A stretch of 52,456 bases of DNA, filler included, from Jimgerdemannia flammicorona (Eukaryota): the NCBI GenBank assembly GCA_003990765.1. It is 2 parts of 2 records of this genome, joined end to end, with 100 filler letters (N's around TTAATTAATTAA, not from the genome) between each part and the next. Parts side by side here need not be neighbours in the genome. Positions count along the whole stretch, not along the records: positions 1 to 26,185 come from RBNJ01000752.1; 1 more part is not named here. One strand, 5' to 3'. Positions 1 through 12,843 of this stretch are shown piece by piece; the stretch's first letter is position 1, and each line of letters starts with the position of its first letter. The notes under the pieces are model-generated. The model was not told where the DNA came from, did no database searches, and saw nothing but the letters and a program-made list of their open reading frames with translations. The translations under genes were made by a program, and so were the position numbers.

Positions 1-42
<42 letters not shown>
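1..42. repeat. poly(A) homopolymer at the start of the window/contig
   Basis: 42 consecutive A, read directly. Confidence 0.95.
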
Positions 43-45
<3 letters not shown>

Positions 46-1691
46 GACCCAATGACACATTTTTTCCGCCTCTCATAGCTGTATTATCATAGATAGCCTT
101 GTTTTCCTTCCGAACTTTGCGCCTCTGTCACAACGAACAGCCATCACCGCGACCCATGACTCCGGCAAAGTTCCATTAACAACCGTCCCGCCAATGCCAG
201 ACCGCCGGCCTCCGGTCCCCCTTTCCACAAGGGACAAACCATCAGAGTCCAACACGCACGACAAGTCCCTCCAATGGCTGCACGGCCTCGTTGTATTTCA
301 TTCGGGGGTATTATCCGAACGATGCGCTACGTAATCCGCCATCCTCTGGACCACTAACGAGCTTCCGAGAAACGTATCACTTTCCTCGGCTCATTCCATT
401 CGCAGTCTGGCGCTACAAATACTGCCTTGTCCTTTTTTTTAGCATTCTTGTTTATCCCTCGCCGCCTTCGGCTCATTTTCCCGAGTTCCGAACATCACAA
501 CGGCACGAGACCATGGCCAGCCTTGCCACGTGCTCACGACATCAAAATATGCACTCTGTGTGTAAAGTGCCTCGATGTACCTTCCCCCTCTCCTCTCCAG
601 TCCACTCCACTATGTAATTTTCATCAACGTCCTGACACAGAGCCTCACTACCAAAGGTAATTTAACTCGGCTCTGGTTCTGGCGACAGTAATCCGCATGA
701 TGAGAGTAGAGTCTTGTCGCATGGCGCTTGAGTTAATTTCGGAATGAAATACATGCATGATCGGGTTTGTGTCAAAGCACGCACCCACGGGAATCTTACG
801 TTGTAGTAGTCCACCAAAAGGTATAAAGTTCCTTTCCTTCTCGGACCCACCCTCTCCAGTTCTTCCTACACCACGACAAACAAAGCTCTTCATTGCCCAC
901 CCAAAACCTAAACAAAAAAGGATGAAATAGTTCTCTCCTATCCTCTTCCGTCACTCCTGCCCCTCCCCATCCTTATCCACTAGCCACCAAGTCATGTTCG
1001 TCACAGCCAAAGTGGGCGATTGAATACAACAACCATAAAATGGCGAGTTTCCTTATATCTTCTCTCCTAATCTTCTCTCCTATACGATGAACCGGTATAT
1101 TTGCATATACCATACCAACTGTATTCATTTGTGAGTACTTGATTAATTGTAATGCCAATAATCTGTTTACAGATTGCCGGCAAATGGGCCTATCTCATGC
1201 TAGGAGACGTATATGCATTTGTCTGCTATAAAATAGGCCAACGTCCATGCCACCTACCAGCCTTGTCATCGGCGATCAACCTACCGTGTCATGTCATCAT
1301 CTTTATCATACCCGCGGAGGACGTTTCCTTCCAACCACGCAGCTCTGATCGCGACGGTGTCTGGCGGCTTACTTAGAGTTTGAATAAAATGTGGCAAAAG
1401 TTAGCAACATTTTCTTTGGACGTTGCGCCAGCTCACCAACCTATCTGATGAGGATGTGTCGCCAGTTCTGCTCTGCGTTGCCAAGCGTAATGGACAATTC
1501 TCGACAAAATCTGAGGGCTTGTTTTACAATCTTGCATACGGCTTTGGGATGCCCTTGGAATCCAGGTGGTTTTTTATTCTGATCGGGAGCTTTGGAAACT
1601 CAGATTCCCCAGTTGTCCTTTATAAGACGGCCTACAGGTGAACCAGAGACCTACTTGCCTTTACGCTGGCCTTGGGAGCATAAACCCAGTA

Positions 1692-1729
<38 letters not shown>

Positions 1730-2329
1730 CCGCCTCTTCTGGACGCCGCAGGATCACATGGAGGCCGAACGTGCCTGCATCGAATCCATCACGCCGCCAC
1801 ATATGAACGCTAATCTGTCTCGTCTGCTACAACACTGCTACGAAATAGTAACAAGTATCAGTAAGACAGCAGTGAAGATGATGGTCTATTAGCTCATGCA
1901 TTCCAGCTTGAAGGCGAATCAAAATTTCGGCGCGGTGATGGCGGCGCCGGTGGAGAGATGGTCTGTTGAATCCGGTTAAGGTATTAGTTAACGTCACCGA
2001 TAAAGTAGACAGCCAAATCCAGCCGGTTTCGAAGTCGACTCACCGCAAGCAATCATGGCCCTGCTTCCCAAAAGCATTCGAGGTATCGGAATTCCGTCGT
2101 CAACAACTTCAGTCTCGCGTATCAATTCAAGCCAAAATACCGTTAAGCGGTTGATGCAACTTGTATCTCAAGACGCACAACTACGCTAGGCGAGGATGGA
2201 CCTCAACTGCGGAAGGGGATAAGGGCCTCCCAAGAATAGACGCGGGCGCGAACATGGACGCGGGAGATGTAGGCTGGCAGTTTGCAACCAGTTTACACAG
2301 CCTCATCACGTATGACGTTTGGATACGTC

Positions 2330-3265
2330 GGGTCAACTTATCCATTCCAACACACTACGACGCTATCCCTGTAATGTTTTACGTTCCGACAAGGGAGAGT
2401 GCTTGGCGGCGGCGTTTGATGCAACCTAACATACGTTTTGCGTCCTATTCTCATCTCCACGGAATCACTGACGGATTGAACGTAGGGATGATGCCAGTTT
2501 GCGGAACTTCATGCAGGGGATACCGTTGGTTGATGGAGTCGAAGATGGAATACTGCTACAAGGCAACGTATTCTTTAGTTTTTGAGATGAGGTTGTTAAC
2601 ACCGTGACGGGTTACGACGGCATCTCTGCTACGGCGACGTCTCAGGCTCCAAAAAGAAATGGATCGCCTCCCAACAGCGCATATTGGAACATATCGCGCC
2701 GCTCGCCGAAGTCTCAGTCTCGCTCTCCGAAGTCCAACAGACGTCGGAGCCGCTCGACATACTCATTTTCGCAGCTCACAATAGCCAAGAGCACGCGGGT
2801 CTCCCGATCTACACGAGCAATGCGCTTCAAGGTTGCGGGTTATCCGATGTGCTACCTTCATAATATGGTCGCGACATATCAACTATGACGCCCCTGGTAC
2901 GCGGAAAACAGACCAGTCTATTCCCGTGGCGACGGCTGCCACAACCTGTCTCTCCGACGACAACATTGCTCCCCTGGCACACGGAGAACAGACCGGTCTA
3001 TGCCCGATGTGACGGCCGCTATAACGCGTCCTCCGACGACGGCAACTCAATTTAGCAATACAGAAGATGTTGAAGCATTTAAAAGCCAACGGACTAGATG
3101 AAGATGAAGAAAGTAGAAAAATGCTCTCCACGCGAAGAACAGACCAGTCTATTCCCGATGTGACGGCCCGCAACAATGTGTCCCTCCCGACACACTTCTA
3201 CGACAACATTACCCCTGTAATGTTTTACGTTCCGGTGAGGGAGGGGCCGGCCTGGCAGCTTTTCG
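2330..3265 (+). repeat. Cluster of short diverged direct repeats, probably a decayed repetitive coding region
   Basis: The ~38-nt motif 'gaa(a/g)acagacc(a/g)gtctat(t/g)cccg..g(c/t)gacggc' occurs three times (~2900, ~2982, ~3132). The segment 'ctacgac...ccctgtaatgttttacgttccg' occurs at ~2355 and ~3198, encoding THYDAIPVMFYVP vs THFYDNITPVMFYVP. Confidence 0.6.
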
Positions 3266-4759
3266 GCGAGGTGTAATATAACCTCACATGGGTTTGAGGT
3301 CCCTTTCTCATCCAACACGGCAACGCTCGTCTGCCCCCAGGATCTCCACGGCACTACTGTCTTCGAGGGAGGTGTGAATACTTTCTCATGACTAAGCCAG
3401 TCCGGGTCATCCAAAGATGCCGCTAGAAAAACCGGCAATTCCGGGTCATCATCCGTCGACAGGAACTCAAAAAGAGAGGTGACCGATTGCACGTCTCCTA
3501 GCTGCGCGCGATAGTTTCAGCGAGCCTAATCGAATACTACCGAATACGCCCCTCCTTAGGGAATTCCTGGAGCACTACATGTAATAATATATGTACCGTT
3601 CTCGATGGATTTGATACCGAGTAGTTCAATCGTCGCATCGATTATGCATGGGATGAGGCTAAGAAGATGACACAGGTGGAAAGCTATTTTCCTCCAGAGG
3701 ATTCAGCTGCTCCTTCGGAACAACGCTGCCTAGCCAACCAGTAGAGCTGGTCTCTTTGAAACGTAGCCGTCGGCGAGTAGGGCTTAAGGACAGGATTCCG
3801 GTGGAACTTTCCTTCGGAAAACCTCCATGCGTGAGACTGCAGATCAAATACGTAGCGCGTTACAGGATACTCTTTACTAGAGGCATCAAAAGCCTTCTCA
3901 AATCCACATGAACGGTTGTAATTTGTTGGCCCTCAGCGAGGGGAAATCAATCACAGCAGAGAGAAATAGATGAGCACCGTAAACGATTCCGCGCTCCGCC
4001 CTCGTTGCCGTCAAGAACAATTAACACTACGTTGGTGCGCTGGATGTGTGGTGACGATGGAGTTCCTCGTGACGAGGACTCGTCCAATCCTCCATCATAT
4101 GCTCCAACGCTATGAGCACCAATCGTCCCCTCGTGCTGCAGACTATGATATGAATGAGCTGGAGCATTTAGGGGACATGGAGGTGGATCCTACCAAATAT
4201 AAGACAAGGATGGACAACCATCCTAGCTTGCACTAGAGGGGGTCATCTTCGAGCACCACACAAGTGGTGGTGAACAAGCACGAGGCTCCGTTCAGCAGTG
4301 CAGCAGGATCAATCTACATTATGAGAGGAATCGAGTGGCATGGAGTTAATGGGTGTCTCGGAGTGCTCGATATTCTATACGGCAACTACACCAGTGATGT
4401 AAACGACCCGGAGAGAGTTCTGATGAACAGTCAAAATTCACGTATTGTGATCAAAACACAGAGAATGGTTCTAGGACGCGTTGAAAGATTACCTCCACCC
4501 ATTCCGGGAGTGGAGAGGAAAACACAGCGGATATTCCGAAGTGATCCCCGACGCAGTTTGGAGCTTGCTTCGCTGGTTCAGCACCATCTCAAACTGACAG
4601 TTCGCGCCCTTGTCTGTGGCTGTGTTGGCATAGGCCCGCACCTGGATACGTTGGGCGCAGCGGCTCCTTTCCCACCAACGACCGCAGCGTCTCCTTGCCG
4701 ACCGACGACAGCAGCGTCTCCTTGCCCACGACCATCTATCTCCTAGCGTCTGTCACTCT

Positions 4760-5765
4760 GTCTGAGTGGAATTCAGGCAAACTTACCTCGCGTGGCTTGT
4801 CGGGTATGTGGCAGAGCATAATCGACCATGTTGTGTCCAACAATGGTACGAAAGAGAACAATGTCGGACCGGATATCCGTGAAAACTCTGCTTTCACCCG
4901 AAGAATCCGTTTGGGGCTTGAATTCAACTTCACCATCTCGTCCAGCATGTCAATGCCTGTCAAATTCTCTACCGAGTTCCTCCCAGTCGGCATCCTAGAA
5001 GATGCGCAAAACGGTGTCATAATTGACGAAAGCGGTAAAGTAGCTGCAATTGTGGTGCATATTGTTTATGGCGAGGATGAAGAAGCAGCGTGCCCGCAAA
5101 GGACGGGAGGAGAGGCTTTTGAAGCAGTTGGACAAGCTGAGAAAGAAGCAGGCTCGCAAAGGAGTCCGGCGACGAGGTTTGGTGGAAGGGGAAACAAGGG
5201 CAAGAAAGAAAATGGTAGAAATATGGCGGACCTCAATATCGGAGAAGGCAGCAAGAACGTCGTCGAATCTCCCGAACCCGGCCAAGCTCCCGACCAGGTT
5301 CCCGACTCAGGAGTTCATTGACGTCAGAACCGACCGTTTTCTCCACTAAATATGTGCCAGCAGCATCTTCGAAGAGGACCAGAACTTTGTCATTATCGAC
5401 GTTTATGTCAGAGCCCACCATTTTCTCCGCTAAATATTTTCCAGCCGGCATCTTCGAAGAGGACCAGAACTTTGTCATTATCAACGTTTGTGCAGGAGAG
5501 ACATTTCGTGTACGAAATGAAATTCGTAGAAATAAATTCTTGGAAAAAAGAGATTTCGCACCCGTTTATAACCAAACAAGGTAGCAAATACCGTAGACAA
5601 TGTGAGGCCCTCGCAAAGTTGTCGTTTGGAAATTTTATTATTTGGGGAACGTGTCGACAGATGGAGGGGGTGCAGCAAACACCCTGGGCCATCAAGGCGA
5701 CGCAATCAAACCCTATAAATCCAATCGCGCAGACGCCCCTGAATAGAGAGAGATATGGAACTGAA
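4760..5765 (+). repeat. Dispersed duplicated segment, copy A (pseudogene-like)
   Basis: Co-linear similarity to 11620-12462, including 'gtggcagagcataat', 'tacgaaagagaacaa.gtcgga.cggatatccgtgaaa' and 'cgaatctcccgaacccgg'. Contains an internal 85-nt tandem duplication (~5320-5490). Frames shift between short ORFs. Confidence 0.8.
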
Positions 5766-6119
5766 GGCGCCAAACTACATCTACGAAATGTCAATAAAGA
5801 ATGGCCATTTTCAAATCCAAGATGGCGATGGTCTGCAGTTTTGCTCTGGAAGCATTTATTCTTGTTTTTGTTTTCGGGGTATTTTTCCTAGATCGACATT
5901 GCCGTTCAGACCCCGCTTTGAAAATGTTTGGATGGGTGCTGTAGTGCTGGTATTCTTGGCGACCAAATAGCCGTATGCGCCCGATGCGCGGATGGGGTGA
6001 TGCCGGTCTCCAGGCGTCAAACCATGGTCTACGGGGTTACTCGCTGTACGCCTCGTGATCTCGATCTATGCTCGGTGATCTTGAGAACACCGCGCCAGTA
6101 AATGGCCTTGTATATCTAA

Positions 6120-6920
6120 TTATAAAAGTAATGCCTCAAAAGCTTGATTATCAACCGTAACATTTTTGGCATGTGAGAGGCCGATCAGTTTAGTCACTTG
6201 TTCTAAAATCTCGTAGTGGTAGTGCCACATCATAGGTTTATACCTAAATCGATTTATAACCAAGATCCCGTAAAATTCACTGCAAAGAGAAACAGGGAAA
6301 CAGAATTCAGTTCCCGCGCAGTGAGCTATAAGCCCTTTCGAATTTAACTGCGCAAGAACGTCATACAAAGTCGAGTCGATACCGGCTATCGCCAAAACGT
6401 CAAGCAAGCAAACGCCACCGCACAAGCACGCAGTCCGGACCGAGGCGTTTGGCACACCTGCTACGTCATCCCAGTTAGGAATCTTGATCTACTTTCCGCA
6501 GAACTTCCTTCTCCCTCCTTATCTCTCCCTCTTCGGCATCTCGCACGCGGACGCCTCGGCCTCCGGGTTCCTCTCTTTCCCCTCCTGTCTTTCCCTCCTC
6601 GGCATCTCTCACACGGGCGCCTCAGCCTCCGGGTCCCTCTCCTCGCGCTCGGCGACCACGCGCTCGATCTCCTCGTCGACGAGCCGACTGACCTCCAGGT
6701 CTTTGCGTTGGTCGCTCAGGTCCCGGCAGGCGCGCAGAACGTCGTCCAGAGGGGCGGAGTCGCCAAAGACCTGTTCGCGGTATTCATAGGATGGGTCGGC
6801 GTCGCCCGGGTGCATGATTAACATCCCCCCGAGGTAGCGACCATCGCCTTTGAAGTTGCCGGCGACGCCCTGTGGGTATGGATTGGAGGGTATGGATTGG
6901 AGAGTATGGATTGGAGGCAA
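6120..6920 (-). pseudogene. Possible decayed gene of unknown function
   Basis: GC-rich, coding-like ORF 6609-6920. It ends at a TGA inside one copy of a ~63-nt tandem duplication, where the sister copy reads TGC (PEAEAPV*EMP vs PEAEASACEMP). No recognisable domain. Confidence 0.3.
6876..6917. repeat. 14-nt tandem repeat x3 (gtatggattggag(g/a))
   Basis: Read directly. Confidence 0.9.
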
Positions 6921-7934
6921 AAGTTAGTTGGATGGTATCTACGTAAATGTTATGAGTATCACAAAATATATTGACCACATGAGCGAAGATCGGAAAGTTG
7001 GATATTGGTTACCCTTTTCTTATTCCTAGCGTAATTAATCCACATGGATGGCTTCAAGAAAGTCGTCAGGCAGCCCATGCGGAAACGACCTCCACTGTTC
7101 GAAGAAGAAGAAAAGAAAATCGAACGTCGTGTGAATATCCGATCACGCATCGCTATTGACCACGGTCAACACTCCTTTACTCCCTCCTCCCAAGGGCTGA
7201 AGGCTTTTCGGCCTCAAGGCCTTTCTTATTCAGGGCATCAACCACTTTGAAACCTTCTCATCCATCGTCGTGTAAAGAAAGCCAGGAGTGGCGAAATCAT
7301 TTATGAACTCCAGAATAGTTGCGGTGACGGTGACGTCAAAACACAATTTGCGGGTTTATCTGCTCGGAATTTTATCCCACCCCGAGCCCTTGTACGCCTG
7401 AGACGAAGAGAAAGATGCGCCCGAGAGGATGGAGGTGAGTGAGAAGCCCAAATATGCGAGCACTGCGTCAGAATGCAATATATAAATGGCCTCTTGGAAT
7501 GCGTTTCTGGTGCGATAATCTCACACAATGCTCGTTCAGCAACAAGTGAGGAGCATAGCGTATAACTAAGCGAAAATAATATCTCACGTCCATGTAGCTA
7601 TATTGGACGACAGTAATTCCCATTTGAGGACTTTGGGTCGAGGATTGCTACACTTTACACCATTATTTAGTACCTAATCAGAATTTATTGCTATTAAAAT
7701 AAATAGCAAGAGATTCCCATGATCTCTGTGCAAACCTTCCGTTGTTACACAAGCGGATAATCTCCGCCCCTCAGCGTTTCCGACAAAAAGAGGTGACCTC
7801 AGAAATTAGGACTGCCCTTTTTTTAACCTATAAAACGAACACGAGTCTACGACTGCAACCTCGTCAACAAATATCATACCTTTCCTGCACTTGACCCTTA
7901 TCAAAACCCCTCCCCAATCCTCTGCACCAGTCTG

Positions 7935-9551
7935 ATGAATCCAGCTTTTTTTGGCTGTAAAGAGGCCCTCCATGCCCAACTCGAATCGCAACCGGAGTAC
8001 CATGCTAGCGATGCAACTCATATCCAGCAAGGTCAATCCGACTTCGAGCACACTGTCGAAGAGGACCTCGACACATACTTTGACTACGACAATTTCAGCA
8101 AAGATAAAATCGACATACCCGGTGACAGCATCTCTGACCCTCTCCAAGTTAACCTTGACTCCGATTTCAACATCGACCACGGAGATCTCCGCACCCTGGA
8201 TGGTGAAATTTATGGCATCCTCGATACCATGTCCTTCGACTTTGACAACTCGCATTTCGACATACCCGGTGACAACATCGCTGAACCTCTCCAAGTTTAC
8301 CTTGACTCCGATTCCAACATCAACCACGGAGATCCCAGCATCCTGGATGGTGAAATCTATGCCATCCTCAATGATAACAGCACGAACGATTTCGACAACT
8401 CGCATTTCGATATACCCGGTGACAACACCGCTGAATCTCTCCAAGTTAACCTCGACTCTGATCCCAACATCGACTACTCACTAAACGCACTCGGTGAGGA
8501 ATTCAACAAATGCCGCCAAGAAGATCCAAATTTCATCCAATTACTCGCCGAAGGCTTTCACATGGACGTCGACAAAGATAAACTTGACTCCCGTTTCGAC
8601 ATACCTGGTGACAGCATCGTTGAACCTCTCCAAGTTAACCCCGACTCCGATCCCAACATCGATTTCTCACCAAGCGCACTCGGTGAGGAATTCAACCCAT
8701 GGCACCACGGAGGTCACAATTTATTCCAATTATTCAGCGAAGGTGAACTCGACTTCCGTTTCAACATACCCAGTGACAGCATCACTCTCAGTGAAATTGA
8801 TATGGAGGGATTCAATCAACACAACCACGGAGATATCAATTTCAGCAACACAACCGTAGAGAATGATTTCCAATTATTCGACTCCAACACATCTAACGAA
8901 GCAATCATGGATGATGATCTCAGCGAAGACCCTACTACGTCTTGGATGGCATATCAAGTCGACAAAGTTACACAAAGTCCATCACCAACTATCACAACCG
9001 AAAATGCTCCCTCGGTACCTTCCCTTGATATTGATGCGACGCAAGAATCGATTACGCCATTCATCGCAACGCTGCCTAAATACAATCAATGTCCGGACTG
9101 TTCGCGTAGGAAGAAGCGCTGTTCTCGCCACGTCTCTTCGAAGGGAGTGGAAAGAGTTGGGCCAGGGAAGGCGTGCAGTTGGTGCAAGATGAAATCCAAG
9201 CGATGTCTTGGGGGCGTCCCGTGTGCTCGTTGCAAAAACAATGACAGGGCTTGTTTCGGAGACAATACCTATCCTACCATCATCGACGGTTTGTGCAATA
9301 ATCTGTCCGACGCAGATGAGGAGATCTCAAGGAAGGCTCTCAAGCAGCTTTATTACATTGTCGAGGACGGAAGGCGCTATGGAGTCGAGCGCTATCTGCA
9401 ATATCTAAAGGAGCACGGTGGAATATATGATATCAATCGTCCAAAACAATGGCCTTCCTCAATATATTATGACAGACTCATCTCATCTTGCGGGACTACA
9501 ACAACACCAACCTTAACACCAACCTTGACTCCAATATCGATACAGAACTAA
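7935..9551 (+). CDS. Zn(II)2Cys6 binuclear-cluster protein (putative fungal transcription factor) with acidic N-terminal repeats, 538 aa
   Basis: Intact intronless ORF. Canonical C-x2-C-x6-C-x5-C-x2-C-x6-C motif (CSWCKMKSKRCLGGVPCARCKNNDRAC) at 9174-9254. An extra C-x2-C-x6-C-x2-H motif lies at 9090-9131. Five (F/I)(D/N)IP(G/S)D-centred acidic repeats occupy ~8080-8800. TATAAAA lies at ~7830. Confidence 0.8.
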   Translation: MNPAFFGCKEALHAQLESQPEYHASDATHIQQGQSDFEHTVEEDLDTYFDYDNFSKDKIDIPGDSISDPLQVNLDSDFNIDHGDLRTLDGEIYGILDTMSFDFDNSHFDIPGDNIAEPLQVYLDSDSNINHGDPSILDGEIYAILNDNSTNDFDNSHFDIPGDNTAESLQVNLDSDPNIDYSLNALGEEFNKCRQEDPNFIQLLAEGFHMDVDKDKLDSRFDIPGDSIVEPLQVNPDSDPNIDFSPSALGEEFNPWHHGGHNLFQLFSEGELDFRFNIPSDSITLSEIDMEGFNQHNHGDINFSNTTVENDFQLFDSNTSNEAIMDDDLSEDPTTSWMAYQVDKVTQSPSPTITTENAPSVPSLDIDATQESITPFIATLPKYNQCPDCSRRKKRCSRHVSSKGVERVGPGKACSWCKMKSKRCLGGVPCARCKNNDRACFGDNTYPTIIDGLCNNLSDADEEISRKALKQLYYIVEDGRRYGVERYLQYLKEHGGIYDINRPKQWPSSIYYDRLISSCGTTTTPTLTPTLTPISIQN

Positions 9552-10037
9552 GCGATATCAGTCACCTGCAAGATCCCATCGAAGGACATGCTCACCACAT
9601 TCCAACCGACAACCAAGGAAATGCGGCGCCACGTCGTAATACATTTTTGCAACAATTGCAATTGCTGTTACGGGCCATTGCAACTGCTATTACGGGGCAT
9701 TAAAACAGCATTGCAGAGATCATGGGAAGCGGTATAACGGCATAAGCGCTGACGCGGCCATCACCAATGTATATACTGCAGATTAACCAGTTTAAAATTC
9801 TTATTATATATATATACCTTCTGATACATATAATTTCGCCTCATTCATTCATTGAGCTGACCTTATGCTCGAGCTAAATGCAATTATTTAAATATCACTC
9901 ACGAAACGCGCGCCTACACGCATATAGTCGATTTTTGTCTCCTTATTTCTTCTCGAACTCCGGCTTATATGTATGCTGCGTCCATCTCTATGCTGTATGC
10001 TACATATACTTATGCTATCGGTCGCCGTAACGATCAC

Positions 10038-10325
10038 CCCTTTATGCCAAAAAAAAAAAAAAAAAATTGTCAACAAGCCTTAGATGTTACGGTTGCATTA
10101 CTATTAAATGTTTTAGCAGTTTGAAGATCTACGTCAACTTGACTATGAAATGGATTGCATCGAGAATACTGCTCAAGCAGCGTAGTTATATTTGCGCTTC
10201 ATTGCCATATGTTCGAACACGTGGCTAGAGGCTTTTTGGGGAACCCAGGGACCTCGTCAGTGGCTAGGTGTAAACCTTTGATAGAAAGAAACTGGACTCG
10301 GTCAGCTACGTTACGTTACTGTACT
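10038..10325 (+). repeat. Diverged non-coding duplication, copy A (copy B at ~11087-11357)
   Basis: Shared ordered blocks 'cctttatg..A-tract', 'caacaagc.tta.atgt.acggttg', 'atgaaatggattgcatcgag', 'tatgttcga', 'gctttttggg' and 'gttac.ttactgta'. Confidence 0.7.
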
Positions 10326-11086
10326 CGGAGTGAGGCCTACATTAGATAACAATCATGTAATTCCGAAGCACGTTTTGATTGACTTGTCGTACGTGACATA
10401 ATTAATAGGTCTCACACAATATCAAAATGACGACGGCTTGGAAAATCATATCTTTTTTTAATTTCGGCACTACATTCTGCATTTGTGCCCCACCATAATA
10501 GCGAATCATTCGCTTGGAAGCCTTGCGCATATGAGGTCGAGGTAATTAAAAAACCACAAACAAATATCCATATTTCAATGCAGATCTGGTCATTTAATGG
10601 TTTATTGCGCAAAATATTGAGACACTACGTACGGTACAAATAACCGTAAAACCTAAAAACTCACTGACATTTGCTTATATGGCATCCACCCCAAGCTCCA
10701 CGACCAACACTTGCCACATGCTCGCCTATTTCGCTAAACTGCAAGCTGCAATTTAACTCATGAAAATTATAGCCCATATTCCATGAACCCCCACCTCCCG
10801 GACATTACCATCATGCAAACATTTTGCGTCATCATGACCTTCCATCAGAACACCGATTCTAGCTTCCTGGTTCACGAACAGCTACATATTTGGAACGATC
10901 CAATCACGTCGCTCACCTTGGACAGCCTAGCGTGGCCTGGGGATAGGTGATCCGCTGCTGCCCTTCTAGTACAAGTACCGCATTTAAATTTCGAAGCCCT
11001 AATACATTGCGGCGCGTTCTGCATTTTCGGTACGAGGATTGAAGACTCTAAGAAACGGTTGGCTTATGGACTGGCCTACGATGATG

Positions 11087-11357
11087 CCTTTATGTAAAAA
11101 AAATTATGCCAACAAGCTTTATATGTAACGGTTGTGTTACTATCAGACGTTCGGCAATTTAAGCTTTGTTTCTCCCAAAGATTATTTCTAACTTACCGTA
11201 AAAGCGAATTGCCCTTGATGAAATGGATTGCATCGAGGTGTATGTTGCGTTTTTGTTATCGTATGTTCGAGAAAACCCACGCTTTTTGGGTTTCATGGAA
11301 TCTATATAGGGCTTCATTACACAGAGGCTAATCTTCAGACCAGTTACATTACTGTAG
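11087..11357 (+). repeat. Diverged non-coding duplication, copy B
   Basis: See 10038-10325. Confidence 0.7.
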
Positions 11358-11619
11358 CTGCAAAATCCATTCTGTCATATCAATTATTGACCTCCAAATA
11401 AGCGACTCCCGCCTTCACCGGGAGCTCCCGTTCGCACTCGGCACGCCCGACGCGCCCACGGTGGCAGGACAGTTCGTCACGGTGACAGATTTTTATTACG
11501 GCCTTGTCATGCTCAAGTACTTGTAAATGGGGTCGTTCGACTACTGCCCAAGGTCGAGGCTGTCGACTTCCAGTATAGCGTGCAAAGATGGAGTACGCTA
11601 TACTCCCCCTATCCATCTC

Positions 11620-12200
11620 CTGAGTGGGATTCAGGCTGACATATCTCGCCTGGTTTGTCAAGTATCTTGGGTTTCTTGGATGGTGGTGGCAGAGCATAAT
11701 TGGGCTTGTGTCCAACAAGGATACGAAAGAGAACAACGTCGGATCGGATATCCGTGAAAGCTTCGCTTTCACGAAGAACACATTTGGGATTGAATTCAAC
11801 TCCACCGTCTCGCCCAGAAAGAAACAGCGTGCCCATCAAAGACGGGAGGAGAAGCTTCTGAAGCAGCTGGACAAGCTGAAAAAGAAGAATCAAGCTCTCA
11901 AAGGAATCCGAGGAGTAAAGCGACGAGGTTTGATGAAGGGGAACAAGGGCCAGAAGAATAAAGAAGAAAATGGTAAAAATATAGTGGACCTCAATATCGG
12001 AGAAAGCAGTCGAATCTCCCGAACCCGGCAAGCTCCCGACCAGGTTCCCGGCCAGGAGTTCATTTATGTCAGAGCCGACCGCTTTCTCCACTAAATATTT
12101 TTCAGCTGGCATCTTCGAAGAGGACTAGAGCTTTGTCATTATCGGAATTTATGCAGGAGAGAAATTTCGTGCAAGAAATGAAATTCGTGGAAATGAATTC

Positions 12201-12235
<35 letters not shown>

Positions 12236-12462
12236 AAAAGAAATTTCGCATGCATTTATAACTAAACAAAGGAGTAAATGCCAGGCATTGTGAGGTCCTC
12301 GCAAAGTTGTCGTTTGTAAATTTTATTGTTTGAGAAACATGTCGACAGATGGAGGGGTGCATCAAACACCTAAACCATCAAGGCGACGCAATCAAACCCT
12401 ATTAGCCAAATCGCGCTGGCACTCTTGAATAGAGAAGCCTTTCCAATGAGAGACGGAACTGA
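11620..12462 (+). repeat. Dispersed duplicated segment, copy B (pseudogene-like)
   Basis: Co-linear with 4760-5765. It lacks the block ~4946-5080, has only one copy of the 85-nt unit, and carries an expanded A-tract at 12203-12232. Confidence 0.8.
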
Positions 12463-12612
12463 CTACTGTGACGAGTGAACATTATAATATAGCCAGATGA
12501 CAAACAGAACAGTTAGCATAGTGACCCAGCATAGTAACCCAGCATAGTTACCCCTTGCACCACCCCACCACATAAATAACCTGACATACTAAATTAGGAT
12601 AGACACCGTTTC

Positions 12613-12707
12613 CACTCTGGAACACTGTTCATACTCTGGAATATCATTCACACTCTGGAACACTATTCACACTCTAGAACATCATTCCCACTCTGGAATG
12701 CTGTTCA
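12613..12707. repeat. 19-nt tandem repeat x5 (cactctggaacactgttca consensus, alternating variants)
   Basis: Read directly. Units start at 12613, 12632, 12651, 12670 and 12689, with no spacers. Confidence 0.9.
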
Positions 12708-12843
12708 CACTTGTGAACAGCAGGTCATACCTCCTAAATTAGTATTACTGTACATTCTATAATTAATCAGATAGCAACTAGGTAGTAACCATACTTATAT
12801 AAAATACTCCAATAATAAGAGTGAATAAACCTTAGTCCAAAAA

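Noticed and set aside
1693..1725. Internal poly(A) tracts (also 10049-10067, 12203-12232) as retroposon tails
   Set aside because: No TSD was found. The tracts at 10049 and 12203 correspond to shorter A-runs in their duplicate copies, indicating homopolymer expansion.
4264..4746. Faint APSES/KilA-N-like wording (IYIMRG..VNG) in a 160-aa ORF
   Set aside because: Too few conserved positions to support a call by eye.
7806..8484. Long alternative-frame/antisense ORFs (7806-8444 minus, 7951-8484 plus)
   Set aside because: Shadows of the repetitive, codon-biased 538-aa ORF.
12613..12707. Regular 19-nt repeats resembling a CRISPR array
   Set aside because: Contiguous units with no unique spacers, no cas genes, and a eukaryotic TE context.
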